From NCBI GenBank assembly GCA_964486045.1, contig CAZALK010000006.1, positions 171,385 to 235,384 of the forward strand: 64,000 bases of DNA. The letters are read 5' to 3'. Below the pieces are notes generated by a model. The model saw nothing but the letters and a program-made list of their open reading frames with translations, had not been told where the DNA came from and did not search any database. The position numbers and the translations under genes were made by a program. Of the stretch, positions 1 through 10,227 are shown one piece after another. Position 1 is the first letter of the stretch; each line of letters starts with the position of its first letter. This DNA comes from an uncultured archaeon. Its GTDB lineage: Archaea; Asgardarchaeota; Lokiarchaeia; Sigyniarchaeales; SOKP01.

Positions 1-181
1 CACTATGGTTTTCTGGGAAGTAAACGTAGAATCCTAGAGCTCTTAAAATTTCAGCAGGTCCAACGCTAGAACACCACGCAATTTTCTTATTTTCATGTTT
101 AGATGCGTCATCTAATTCGTTATAATAATCAGCCATAATTTGCTTTAATTCATTTGTCGAAGTTATTTCTTTTCTATGCAA
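1..181 (-). CDS. 2-hydroxyacyl-CoA dehydratase / class I BCR family subunit (HgdA/FldB-like), 5' part only, runs off window
   Basis: Not in the ORF track. Manual translation from TTG at 181 gives MHRKEITSTNELKQIMADYYNELDDASKHENKKIAWCSSVGPAEILRALGFYVYFPENHS, with the family-typical KIAWC..GP.E.LRA.G....PENH N-terminus. AGGTGA ribosome-binding site at 187-192. Confidence 0.8.
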   Translation of the reverse strand, partial: MHRKEITSTNELKQIMADYYNELDDASKHENKKIAWCSSVGPAEILRALGFYVYFPENHS

Positions 182-241
182 ATAATTCACCTAATTATTG
201 ATTTAACAGAATTTCAATTTAGAAATTTTAATTATTTAATA

Positions 242-1450
242 CTAATCTACTATTACTTCTAATACCAAAGCTGCTGCAGTATCCCCAGCTGCGCAACCAT
301 CTGCGAGTCCATAACCCCCTCCTTTCAGAACTAATTCTTCAATTAATTCAATTATTATCCGTAACATTGTAGGTGCTTGTGGATGGCCAAATATCAGTGA
401 ACTTCCATAGTTATTCATACTGTTCCAATCAATATCCATCTCCTTACAGAAATATACATCATTTACTGCAAATGGGTTATGAGTTTTAATTACTGACAAA
501 TCAGCTATAGAAACATTGGCTCGCTCTAAAGCTTTTTTTGCCGCAGGGACAATAGCCATAGCCATATATCCCTTTTTTGTTTTATAATCTCCATAAGAAA
601 CTATTTTAATCTCGATATTCTCCCTTTTTCTTAAGTTTTTGGCATGTTCTTTTGTAGTAACTATTACACCACAATTTGCATCAGCGGGATGCGTTTGAGT
701 CCCATAAGTAATAGTACCCTCTGGAAGTACGGGTTTAAGTTTTAAAAGCCCTTCCATTGTAGTTGGATATACACCCTCATCTCCTTCTATAGTAGCTACT
801 ATCTTTCGACCTGAGCGATTTTTTATCTCGATTGGATCAATCATATATGTCTTTTGGAAGGCTCTGTCATCCTTTAATGAGTCTTGATACTGGTTGTATC
901 GTAATAGGGTGATGTTATCTTGATCTTTTCTTGTAATACCTGCTTCTTTTGCCACATTTTCGCCAGTTTCTAACATTGAATTCTTAGCATAAGGGTCATA
1001 ACCAAAATTATCCCAAACCCAGTTCTCAGAGTCCACCGTGTTACCAGGTGCTTGAGGATTAGGATAGGCAAGATGCGGTCCATTGGAACATCGATCAGTG
1101 CATACTAGAAGGATATTTTTGTGTACTCCCGTCTCGATATTCTGTGCTGCAATGGATACGGAACTGGTTCCTGTAGCACATGCTTGACTAATAACAGGAC
1201 CAGTAATATTTTCCGCTCCGATCATACTCGCTAACCAAGGTCCTCCATAGAAACAGTTGAGTTGTGGTATTGTAATTCCTAATATAAGCTCATCAAAATC
1301 CTTGGGAGATATTCCACTACTATCTAAAAATTTTGTAGTTATTTCCGCTGCAAATTTCATGGCATGGAGATTTTGAAAACTACCTTGCCATCTACTAAAC
1401 GGTGTACTCCAATATTGACCATATGGTATGAATGCGTTTTTAAAAGACAT
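242..1450 (-). CDS. thiolase (acyl-CoA C-acyltransferase) family protein
   Basis: Nucleophile motif QACATG, GETxENVA-like segment, GHP motif and C-terminal CAAGD. HNPF replaces NEAF. Confidence 0.88.
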   Translation of the reverse strand: MSFKNAFIPYGQYWSTPFSRWQGSFQNLHAMKFAAEITTKFLDSSGISPKDFDELILGITIPQLNCFYGGPWLASMIGAENITGPVISQACATGTSSVSIAAQNIETGVHKNILLVCTDRCSNGPHLAYPNPQAPGNTVDSENWVWDNFGYDPYAKNSMLETGENVAKEAGITRKDQDNITLLRYNQYQDSLKDDRAFQKTYMIDPIEIKNRSGRKIVATIEGDEGVYPTTMEGLLKLKPVLPEGTITYGTQTHPADANCGVIVTTKEHAKNLRKRENIEIKIVSYGDYKTKKGYMAMAIVPAAKKALERANVSIADLSVIKTHNPFAVNDVYFCKEMDIDWNSMNNYGSSLIFGHPQAPTMLRIIIELIEELVLKGGGYGLADGCAAGDTAAALVLEVIVD

Positions 1451-1494
1451 TTATTTTATATCCTCTTAGTTCTTATTCAATTTTTTAATGTAAT

Positions 1495-3075
1495 TTAATC
1501 ATTCTTTTTTTGTTCATTAAATCTTTCGCGTAGAATCCGGTGAATAACCTTACCAGAACCAGTTCTTGGAATCTCTTCAGAATTAATACATATAACCTTT
1601 TTTGGAATTTTAAATCGTGTAAGCTTATCCTCACAAAATTGACGAATTGTTTTGGTAATTTCGCTTGAAGGTGCCATTTTTTCCTTTAAAACACAAACAG
1701 CAGTCACTTCTTCTCCCCATTTATAATCTTGTAAACCAATTACAGCACATTCAACTACATAAGGATGTGTTGCTATAATTTTTTCAACTTCAGAAGGAAA
1801 AACATGTTCTCCACCGGTAATAATCATATTAGCTTTCCTATCTACAATGTAATAGAATCCATCCTTATCTTTTTTAGCCATATCACCCGCACTAAAAAAT
1901 TCTCCTTTAAATGAGTCTTTAGTCTTCCCAGATAATTTATAATACTCATCAAACATTTGAGGTCCGCGCGAATACAATTCACCAATTTCACCTAATTGTG
2001 CTGGGTTTCCTTGTTCATCTAATATTTGAATACAATCAGTTCCAATACATTCTTTTCCAATTGAACCTAGCTTATCCATCTGATCCTCAGGTCTAAGGAT
2101 TGTTACCAAACCAGCCTCCGTTGAGCCATAAGCTTCAAAAAGATGAGTTTGATTAAATAATTCCATTACATTAAGTTTCATTTGTTTAGTTGCTGGAGCT
2201 GAGGAGGTCAGAAGAGCTCGCATGGAACTTAAATCGTATATCTTTTTAACATCTTCGGGTAGATTTAATATTAAATTGTAATGAGTGGGAATCATAGATG
2301 TGAAAGTTATTTTCTCTCGATCAATAATCCTTAAAACATCTTCAGGGTTAAAGTTATATTCAATATGAATATATACAGGGGCTCCTAAGTAAGTAAAAAC
2401 AAAAGAATAAAAAGTGGAATTTACATGAGATAATGGCATCAATATCATCCCATAATCTTGAGGAGTAAAGGAGAATTCCGCCCCATTAATTAAAAAAAAA
2501 GCTATATATGACCGATGTGACCGTACTGCACCCTTAGGACTCCCTGTTGTACCTGATGTATAAAGAATAACCCACGTATCTTCTGGATTAACTTTAATAG
2601 GAGGGTAATTATTTTCACCCAATTCTACAATATCCTCATAATGAGTCCAATTTTTTACAGGATTATCAGATATCAGTACACGTTCAATATTATCATATCC
2701 CAGTTCATTTGATCTTTGCCAAATTTCTTCTGTAGCTTCACGGAATCGAGATTCTACAATTAAATATTTAGCATCGCAGTTAGTAAGTATGAATGAAATC
2801 TCATTTGGATGCAACCGAAAATTTAATGGTACGATAATAAATCCTCCTTTTGCAGCTGCTATGTATACTTCCATAAATTCAATTGAATTATTAGATAGGA
2901 TTGCTACCTTATCTCCCTTGGATATCCCACTCTTAAGAAATCCATTAGCCAGTTTGTTTGTTCTTTCGTTAAGTTCATTAAATGTTAATTGTTGTTTTCT
3001 ATCTTTTAATGCAAGTTTATTTGGATATTTTGATGCATTTACAGTAATTATTTCACCAATATTAAGCCAAGTCAT
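1495..3075 (-). CDS. AMP-forming acyl-CoA synthetase (ANL family), probable aromatic/carboxylic acid CoA ligase
   Basis: YTSGTTGSPKG, AYGSTEAG, GD..(K)D.DG, R..MIITGGE and PRTGSGK motifs. Lies within the benzoyl-CoA cluster. Confidence 0.9.
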   Translation of the reverse strand: MTWLNIGEIITVNASKYPNKLALKDRKQQLTFNELNERTNKLANGFLKSGISKGDKVAILSNNSIEFMEVYIAAAKGGFIIVPLNFRLHPNEISFILTNCDAKYLIVESRFREATEEIWQRSNELGYDNIERVLISDNPVKNWTHYEDIVELGENNYPPIKVNPEDTWVILYTSGTTGSPKGAVRSHRSYIAFFLINGAEFSFTPQDYGMILMPLSHVNSTFYSFVFTYLGAPVYIHIEYNFNPEDVLRIIDREKITFTSMIPTHYNLILNLPEDVKKIYDLSSMRALLTSSAPATKQMKLNVMELFNQTHLFEAYGSTEAGLVTILRPEDQMDKLGSIGKECIGTDCIQILDEQGNPAQLGEIGELYSRGPQMFDEYYKLSGKTKDSFKGEFFSAGDMAKKDKDGFYYIVDRKANMIITGGEHVFPSEVEKIIATHPYVVECAVIGLQDYKWGEEVTAVCVLKEKMAPSSEITKTIRQFCEDKLTRFKIPKKVICINSEEIPRTGSGKVIHRILRERFNEQKKND

Positions 3076-3122
3076 AAACCCATCATCTATTTCTTCTTTT
3101 AATCAATTAAATATCTCAATTA

Positions 3123-3371
3123 TTAATTTTTTTTTTGCTTGATATAGATTGTTCTCAAATTATCAAAATCAGCTTTAAAGCATGCCTGACAATTAGCTGC
3201 CTCATTGGGAGTTGCAGGTTCAATAAGCACATCGTAACCAATTGATTCATACAGTTCTACATATTCTTTTACTCTATTTTCTTCAATTGTGAATCCCCTC
3301 TCCCAGTCTTTCCCTCTCACTGGAATCCCAAGACTTTTTTTTTCATAGGATTTTTCTTTATCGGAAACCAT
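3123..3371 (-). CDS. small hypothetical protein with CxxC, first gene of the leftward operon
   Basis: 82 aa: WERGF...VELYESIGYDV.IEP...CQAC...RTIY. Co-oriented with and 47 nt upstream of the CoA ligase. Confidence 0.7.
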   Translation of the reverse strand: MVSDKEKSYEKKSLGIPVRGKDWERGFTIEENRVKEYVELYESIGYDVLIEPATPNEAANCQACFKADFDNLRTIYIKQKKN

Positions 3372-3597
3372 AATAATTCTGAGTCATTTTCAATTTTTTT
3401 CGAATATACAATATGTATTATTATAATCTTCTGTTTAAACATTACTTTTTTCCAATTCCCTTCTGATTTATAATCATAGTGGTACTTTATTCCCACCATA
3501 CGTTCCCCATTAAAAAATTTTAAATTGATTTGTAAAATTATCTAAGAATAATAATAAAAATAGAAGAAATCAAAAAAGAATAAAGATGTGATTTATA
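3372..3597. promoter_or_regulatory. divergent promoter region of the benzoyl-CoA cluster
   Basis: AT-rich spacer of about 225 nt between head-to-head operons. Individual TATA/BRE elements were not pinned down. Confidence 0.45.
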
Positions 3598-4566
3598 ATG
3601 ACTTATACAAAAGAACCAAATTTTATACCTAAAGCTCCAAAAGATTTTGATTTTAAAGAAATAATATATGAAAAGAAAGACTGGAAGGCAAAAGTAACAA
3701 TTAATCGTCCGGAGGTTTATAACGCTTATTCAACTCTTACGTTAATGGAAATGATTGAGGCTTTTCATGATGCCGCCTGGGATAACAAAGTCGCAGTGAT
3801 AATCTTAACAGGTGCAGGTGATAAAGCATTCTGTACTGGTGGGGATGTAAAAGAATATAGGGAACGTTTTACGGTCCGACCTGCTGAGTATTGGAAATGG
3901 ATGAGTATTTTTCAAGAAGCTCATGATGTATTCCGTAATATAGGAAAACCTACTGTGGCAAGGCTTAATGGAATTGTCGCAGGCGGAGGGAATGAATGGC
4001 AAATGGCTTGTGATTTAGCGATAGCAGCAGAACACGCAACAATCCAACAAGTAGGAACTCGAGTGGGTTCAGTGGCTTGTGGGGGAGCAACTCAGTGGTT
4101 ACCCATTATAGTTGGTGATCGACGTGCGAGGGAAATTTTATTCTTATGTGAACCAATCTCCGCTAAAAAAGCATTAGATTGGGGATTAGTGAATGAAGTA
4201 GTACCATATGCAGAAATAGATGAGGCAGTTGATAAAATGTGCCAGAAGTTGATTGATAAGTTTCCAGAATGCATGAGATATACTAAACAACAAGTTAATT
4301 TCTGGAAGGATTTTGTATGGCATCAAACAATTGGGCATGCAAAAGATTGGTTATCTATACACTATGCAAGTTGGGAACCACTCGAGGGGATGTCAGCCTT
4401 TGTAGAAAAACGCCCTCCAAACTATAGAGGTGTACGTGAGAGTCCACATCCAGAATTTTTATGGGGTCCACCTTCGATAACATGTCCTTCATGTCAAGCT
4501 AAAAGTTTACCTTCTGATTTCGAATTTTGTGGAAAGTGTGGTACTAAATTAAAGGAAAATTCCTAA
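3598..4566 (+). CDS. oah: 6-oxocyclohex-1-ene-1-carbonyl-CoA hydrolase-like (Oah/BamA/BzdY), crotonase fold with C-terminal Zn ribbon
   Basis: FCTGGDVKEY...P.EY..WM..F, GGG.E..MACD, Q.G...GS...GGAT..LP and LCEP.SA match Oah-type crotonases. Upstream of dch/had. Tail CPSC...CGKC. Confidence 0.75.
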   Translation: MTYTKEPNFIPKAPKDFDFKEIIYEKKDWKAKVTINRPEVYNAYSTLTLMEMIEAFHDAAWDNKVAVIILTGAGDKAFCTGGDVKEYRERFTVRPAEYWKWMSIFQEAHDVFRNIGKPTVARLNGIVAGGGNEWQMACDLAIAAEHATIQQVGTRVGSVACGGATQWLPIIVGDRRAREILFLCEPISAKKALDWGLVNEVVPYAEIDEAVDKMCQKLIDKFPECMRYTKQQVNFWKDFVWHQTIGHAKDWLSIHYASWEPLEGMSAFVEKRPPNYRGVRESPHPEFLWGPPSITCPSCQAKSLPSDFEFCGKCGTKLKENS

Positions 4567-4625
4567 ATATCATGTACCTTCTTTTTTTTTCTCTTTAGAA
4601 AAATCAATATAATTATAGAAATTAG

Positions 4626-5402
4626 GTGAAAAAGGTGGAAAATGATCTAATTATAATCGAAAAAACGAAAGAGATTGCGAAAATAATTTTCAACAATGGA
4701 GATTATAATATAATGAATATGAAAATGATGGAGCAAATCAATGAAGCAATTAAAAAATTCATTGGGGATGATTCATTAAAGGCTTTGGTTTTTGATCACA
4801 ATGGAAAGGCTTTTTCTGCGGGTGTTGATATAGGAGACCATATGGGTGATAAGGCACCAAGGATGATTAAGATATTTCATGATATTTTTAGAAATTTAAA
4901 TAAACTGAAATGTTTAACGATAGCATCTGTGAAAGGATCCGCGCTTGGAGGTGGGTGTGAAATTGCCATGTTTTGCGACATAGTAATAACTTCTGAAAAG
5001 GCAAAATTTGGACAGCCAGAAATAAAAGTGGGTGTATTCCCACCCATAGCCATGCTTGTACTACCTCAGATTATTGGAAATAAAAAAGCAATTGAAATTC
5101 TTTTATTAGGTGAATCAATCACTGCTAAAGAGGCTCTTCAATTAGGTTTAACTAATCATATCTTCCCGAAGGAATCTTATGAACAAAATTTTACCCAATT
5201 TATTGATTCTTTAAGAAATTTAAGCACAATCGTATTAAAATACTCAAAAAAAGCTTTTTATGATGGATTGGGATTAGATTTTGAAACTCAACTTGACCAA
5301 ATTGAAGAATTCTATCTTAATGAATTGATGACAACTCATGACGCAAATGAAGGACTCAAGGCATTCATGGAAAAAAGACCCCCAAATTGGCAAAATCGTT
5401 AA
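4626..5402 (+). CDS. dch: cyclohexa-1,5-diene-1-carbonyl-CoA hydratase (Dch/BamR/BzdW)
   Basis: FSAGVDI.DH, GGGCE, GQPEIKVGVFPP and ELMTTHDANEGL.AF.EKR.P.W motifs, plus gene context. Confidence 0.82.
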   Translation: MKKVENDLIIIEKTKEIAKIIFNNGDYNIMNMKMMEQINEAIKKFIGDDSLKALVFDHNGKAFSAGVDIGDHMGDKAPRMIKIFHDIFRNLNKLKCLTIASVKGSALGGGCEIAMFCDIVITSEKAKFGQPEIKVGVFPPIAMLVLPQIIGNKKAIEILLLGESITAKEALQLGLTNHIFPKESYEQNFTQFIDSLRNLSTIVLKYSKKAFYDGLGLDFETQLDQIEEFYLNELMTTHDANEGLKAFMEKRPPNWQNR

Positions 5403-5479
5403 AAAATATCATAGTTTTAAATATTTTATTGGTTAAATTCATAATAATAAAAAAATTAAAAAATGTGTAGGAAATAAAG

Positions 5480-6526
5480 ATGAGAGCGGCAATTTTTGAA
5501 AAGGTTAAAGAACCATTTAAGTTAATAGAAGACTATCCTTCCCCAAGTATTTCTGGTGAATTAGGAAAAATCATAATTGACGTTGTAGCGTGCGGTGTGT
5601 GCCATACTGATATAGGATACATAGATCATGGAGTTCCAACTGTTACTCCACCACCACTTATTTTAGGTCATGAAATTTCTGGAATTGTTAAAGAAGTTAG
5701 TGAGGATGTTACTACTTTCAAACAAGGAGATCATGTTATTATCCCAGCAGTTCTTACTTGCGGATATTGCTTTAATTGTCGAAGTGGACGGGAAAACATC
5801 TGCAATAATCAACAAATGCTCGGTAATCATATTAATGGAGGATTTGCAGAACAAATAATGGTACCTGTGAAAGATATTGTTCATCTCCCTAATGAATTAT
5901 CATTAGAAGAGAGTTGTATTATAGCTGATGCCGTATCAACACCCTATCATGCAGTTAAAAATCGAGCAAAAGTACGGCCAGGTGACTGGGTTGTAGTTTT
6001 CGGATGCGGTGGAATTGGTTTAAATGTGATTCAGAATGTAAAAATAGCAGGAGGGTTACCTATTGCTGTTGATTTAGTCTCAAGAAAACTCGAAGTCGCA
6101 AAACAACTTGGGGCTGTAAAGACGATATTAGCTAAAGATTTAGATGAACGCGAAGTTGTAGGAACCATTCGCAAAATTACTGGGGGTGGGGCAGACATTG
6201 CTATCGAAGCTATTGGAAGCCCAATCACAATGAAACAAGCATTTAACAGTTTGCGAACTGGTGGGAGATTAGTTGCTGTAGGATATTCACCTAAACGTTG
6301 GGATGGATTTGATATCGGAAGAGTAATGTTTAGAGAAATGGAGATAAAGGGTAGTCTTGGCTGTCGTCCGGTTGATTACCCAAGAATTATAGATTTAGTC
6401 CAAAATGGCTCAATTTTATTGAAACCTTTAGTTACGCACAAATTTCCTCTTTCAGAAATTAACAAGGCTTTTGATATGATGAGAAGAGGTGAAGGAATTC
6501 GGATTGTAATTTTATGCCAAAACTAG
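5480..6526 (+). CDS. had: 6-hydroxycyclohex-1-ene-1-carbonyl-CoA dehydrogenase (Had/BamQ/BzdX), Zn-dependent MDR
   Basis: CGVCHTD.GY...GV.T, LGHEISG, structural Zn CxxCxxC...C and GCGGIG motifs, plus gene context. Confidence 0.82.
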   Translation: MRAAIFEKVKEPFKLIEDYPSPSISGELGKIIIDVVACGVCHTDIGYIDHGVPTVTPPPLILGHEISGIVKEVSEDVTTFKQGDHVIIPAVLTCGYCFNCRSGRENICNNQQMLGNHINGGFAEQIMVPVKDIVHLPNELSLEESCIIADAVSTPYHAVKNRAKVRPGDWVVVFGCGGIGLNVIQNVKIAGGLPIAVDLVSRKLEVAKQLGAVKTILAKDLDEREVVGTIRKITGGGADIAIEAIGSPITMKQAFNSLRTGGRLVAVGYSPKRWDGFDIGRVMFREMEIKGSLGCRPVDYPRIIDLVQNGSILLKPLVTHKFPLSEINKAFDMMRRGEGIRIVILCQN

Positions 6527-6907
6527 AAATACTAAAAATCTAAACAGAACAAGTTTCTAGGCAATCAATAAGGAGAAAAATATAAATACACTAATAAGTA
6601 CACTTATTCTTCAACATCAAAATTAGAAAATAATTTTTAAATACAATAATTGACACATTTAATTTGCAAAAATTTTATACTAAAAATAAAAAAATTTAAA
6701 ATATTCAAGTTTGTTTACTGAGGTTGAATAACTTGGAAGTTCAAAATTTCACTTCTATTCATTCCTAGTGGGGCAGAAGTTTACCCACAAATTTCCCGTT
6801 TTGAGACTTAATGATAATAATTTAATATGGATTTATAATTATAGTAATTTGACTTCCCTATAATTAGAAACATAAATAAAAATTATTTTTATTTTTCAAT
6901 TTTGGAA

Positions 6908-8032
6908 ATGTTTAATCAGTTTAGAGTTTGGTATGAAAATCGACACGATTATGCTAAAAAGTGGAAGGAACGCACTGGTGGTAAAGTAATAGGCTACTTT
7001 TGTACATATGTGCCGGAAGAGATATTATATGCTGCTAATATTCTCCCCGTAAGAATACTAGGTAGTCATGAGCCACAAGATGTTTCAGAACAATATATTT
7101 TTGCTATGTTCTGCCCTTTTTGTCGTGATTGCTTAGCGCAAGGTTTGAAAGGGAGATTTGATTATCTTGATGGAATTATGATTGCTCAAAGTTGCTTACA
7201 TATTAGGCAAGCTTTTACAAGCTGGGATCTTCATATTCCTGTTGATTTTAAATATTATTTACCTCATCCAATGAATGTCCAAAGTCCTCATGCAATTCCT
7301 TATTTAACGGAGGAATTAAAATTATTCAAGAAAACTGTTGAAGAATGGATTGGAAAACAAATCACAGATGATGATATTAAACGAGGAATTGAGTTAATGA
7401 ATAAAAATAGACAACTTTTACAAAAAGTATATGAATTTAGAAAAAAACCTAACCCACCATTAACTGGTCTTGAAGCGATGATCATGGTAGTTTCTGCGCA
7501 GACAACAGATAAACTAGAACATAACCAAGAATTAGAAGCTGTTTTGCAAAAACTCCCATCAAGGAACATCGATAATTCAGGTGAACGACTTATGATCATA
7601 GGTTCCGAAGATGACGACACGAAATTTATAGAAATGGTTGAAAATTTGGGAGCAAAAATTGTGATTGATGACCATTGTACAGGCACAAGATATTTCGATA
7701 AGGAAATAAAAATTGTTGGAGATTTGCTGAATTCAATTTCAGAAAGGTATATAAAACGTATACCATGCCCAAGTAAGGATTGGCCTCAAAGAACAAGACT
7801 AGATCATATTGTACAATTCGCAAAGGATTATAATGTTCAAGGTGCTATCATAATGCAAATGAAATTTTGTGATCCCCATGAGCTAGATACTGTTGCAATC
7901 AAGGATAAACTAGAGAAAGACCTTGGTATTCCTACTATATTCCTTGAATTTGATGTTACAGTTCCGATGGGTCAATTTAAGACTCGGGTTGAGGCATTTC
8001 TTGAAATCCTTAGGGAGGAGGATCTTTTTTAA
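6908..8032 (+). CDS. bzdN: benzoyl-CoA reductase, bzd-type, subunit N
   Basis: [53 protein letters not shown] and KFCDPHE. ATG at 6908 preferred over TTG at 6902. Confidence 0.92.
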   Translation: MFNQFRVWYENRHDYAKKWKERTGGKVIGYFCTYVPEEILYAANILPVRILGSHEPQDVSEQYIFAMFCPFCRDCLAQGLKGRFDYLDGIMIAQSCLHIRQAFTSWDLHIPVDFKYYLPHPMNVQSPHAIPYLTEELKLFKKTVEEWIGKQITDDDIKRGIELMNKNRQLLQKVYEFRKKPNPPLTGLEAMIMVVSAQTTDKLEHNQELEAVLQKLPSRNIDNSGERLMIIGSEDDDTKFIEMVENLGAKIVIDDHCTGTRYFDKEIKIVGDLLNSISERYIKRIPCPSKDWPQRTRLDHIVQFAKDYNVQGAIIMQMKFCDPHELDTVAIKDKLEKDLGIPTIFLEFDVTVPMGQFKTRVEAFLEILREEDLF

Positions 8033-8043
8033 GAGATAATAAA

Positions 8044-9360
8044 ATGACAGAAAGTAAATATCCAACGGAAAATTTGAAATGTTGGGGTAATGCTAAAGCC
8101 CTTCGAAAGAAATATTACAAAGATTTTGCAGAGGCTCACGATAAAGGTGGATTACGCTGGGCTGGTGGTGCTTGGGCTTTTGATGCGATACCCGCTGGTT
8201 TGGGGGAGGATGTATATTCTCTAACGGGAGAACCTTATGGAGCAACTATAGCGTTTAATAATAAATTTGCTTTAGAATGCCAAGAAGCAACTGAAGCGAG
8301 AGGATTTGCACGAGATCTTTGTTCTTACATGAGGAATTATTGGGGATCTATACTTATTAATAAATATGCTTGGCCTCAATTTAGTGAAGAATTCCCAAAA
8401 CCAGATTTTATGTGGCAAGATCAGATCTGTTGTTCCCATTCTAAATGGTATCAAGTAGCAAACGATCTTGAAGGAGGTGGAATTCCACTCTTTAGCATCG
8501 ATGTTTCAGTCGGTCCCTATAGTGACCTTACAGAGCACAGGATCAACTATATAGTTAACCAGATGCACGATGGAATTAAATGGCTCGAAAAAGTAACTGG
8601 ACGAGATTATGATGATGAGCTTTTGATAAAAGCAGTACATAATGAATTCCGTTCCTGTCACTATTGGTCAGCAATATGTGAACTCAATAAAGCAATCCCA
8701 GCACCATTGGATGAAAAATCAATGTACTCACTATATGTTCTCGGTACATTAAGAAAATCGGCACAGTGGACGGCAGATTTTTATGAAAAGGAATTATATC
8801 CTGAAGTAAAAGATAGAGTAGCTCGGGGAATAGCGGCAGTTCCAAATGAACGATGCCGTATCATGACAGATACTCAACCGCCATGGGCTTTTTTGCGAAT
8901 TTTCCGCTATTTAGAACAATATGGATGTGTATCTATAGGTAGTCTTTATTCGTTCGGTCTAATTGGATTATGGGACGTAAAAGAAGATGGCACATGGGGA
9001 CCTAAACCTATTCCAGAAATAGAAATCACTAATCGGGATGAAGCACTGCGTGCCTTGGCCGATTGGAATTTGAGTAAACCAGAATGGCAACATTTTTATC
9101 ATCCTAAACTCAAATCTGAGATGATGATTCGAATTGCACGTGAATGGAAGGTAGATGGTGTATTTCTTCATTATAATAGAGGGTGCGAGGGTTTAAGTCT
9201 TGGAATCGCAGAAAATCGATTAGCAATTCAAAAAGCAGGTATACCAACCATGCCTTTTGAAGGAAATATGGGTGATGAGAGAGAATTCGATCTTGCTAGA
9301 ACTATGCAACGTGTTGATGCTTTTATGGAATCAATAGGAATGGAAAAAGATGTTTTATAA
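8044..9360 (+). CDS. bzdO: benzoyl-CoA reductase, bzd-type, subunit O
   Basis: [40 protein letters not shown] and HYNRGCEG motifs. Confidence 0.92.
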   Translation: MTESKYPTENLKCWGNAKALRKKYYKDFAEAHDKGGLRWAGGAWAFDAIPAGLGEDVYSLTGEPYGATIAFNNKFALECQEATEARGFARDLCSYMRNYWGSILINKYAWPQFSEEFPKPDFMWQDQICCSHSKWYQVANDLEGGGIPLFSIDVSVGPYSDLTEHRINYIVNQMHDGIKWLEKVTGRDYDDELLIKAVHNEFRSCHYWSAICELNKAIPAPLDEKSMYSLYVLGTLRKSAQWTADFYEKELYPEVKDRVARGIAAVPNERCRIMTDTQPPWAFLRIFRYLEQYGCVSIGSLYSFGLIGLWDVKEDGTWGPKPIPEIEITNRDEALRALADWNLSKPEWQHFYHPKLKSEMMIRIAREWKVDGVFLHYNRGCEGLSLGIAENRLAIQKAGIPTMPFEGNMGDEREFDLARTMQRVDAFMESIGMEKDVL

Positions 9361-9437
9361 TATTCAAAGTTAGATGTAGAATAATAAACTATCCTCTTAA
9401 TAAAATTTTTAAAAAAGAATGGAGAAAATGTTTTAAT

Positions 9438-10223
9438 ATGAGAACTGCAGGAATTGATGCTGGAAGTAAATTTACTAAAGTAATCATTTTGAATGACAAT
9501 TCTATTTTGTCTATGGCTTCCATTTTAAGTGGCTTTGATCAGGAAAAATCAGCAAAGGAAGCATTAAATAACGCTCTTGAAAAAATTAAAGTTTCTTCTG
9601 AAGAAATTAAACATATCACAGCTACTGGAGCTGGAATGGAAGCAATTTCTTTTGCTGACGATACTATTACAACAATCACTGCTAATGGTCGTGGAGCGAA
9701 CTTTTTATTTCCTACTGCACGAACTGTGATTGATATTGGAGCAGAGGAAGGGCGAGTATTACGAATCGACGACCAAGGAAAGGTTAAAGATTTTGGTATT
9801 AATGAGAAATGTGCGGCGGGAGCGGGTGCATTCATAGAGGCGATGTCAAGAGCTTTAGAGGTAGATATTGACATGATGGGGGTGCTTTCTTTAAGATCAA
9901 CAAAGAAAATCCCAATAAATGCTCAATGTACGATTTTTGCTGAATCCGAGGTTGTATCATTAATCCACCAAAAAACAGCAAAAGAGGATATAATTCGCGC
10001 TGTGCACGATGCAATAGCAGATAGGAATACAAGTATGGTGCGACAATTAGGTATCGAAAAAGAAATTGCATTGATAGGTGGCGTTGCAAGAAACACTGGC
10101 TTTGTAAATTCCATGAACAGAAATTTAGGATTTGATCTTTTGGTACCGAAAGAACTTGTTTCACCAGAATATGTTACTGCTTTAGGAGCTGCGCTTGTAG
10201 CTCGTGATAAAATTGGAGGTTAA
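9438..10223 (+). CDS. bzdP: benzoyl-CoA reductase ATP-dependent activase subunit P (ASKHA ATPase)
   Basis: GIDAGS, DIGAEEGR, NEKCAAGAGAF.E and C.IFAESEVVSLIH motifs. Confidence 0.9.
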   Translation: MRTAGIDAGSKFTKVIILNDNSILSMASILSGFDQEKSAKEALNNALEKIKVSSEEIKHITATGAGMEAISFADDTITTITANGRGANFLFPTARTVIDIGAEEGRVLRIDDQGKVKDFGINEKCAAGAGAFIEAMSRALEVDIDMMGVLSLRSTKKIPINAQCTIFAESEVVSLIHQKTAKEDIIRAVHDAIADRNTSMVRQLGIEKEIALIGGVARNTGFVNSMNRNLGFDLLVPKELVSPEYVTALGAALVARDKIGG

Positions 10224-10227
10224 AAAA

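Noticed and set aside
2789-3142. Antisense and nested ORFs in the track (e.g. 2789-3142, 7300-7686, 9539-9874, 30439-30972, 37026-37394, 49178-49624, 50405-50890)
   Set aside because: They lie opposite well-supported genes and have no motifs, so they are shadow ORFs.
3317-3499. 60 aa minus-strand ORF in the divergent spacer
   Set aside because: It overlaps the 3123-3371 gene in another frame, occupies the promoter region and has no motif.
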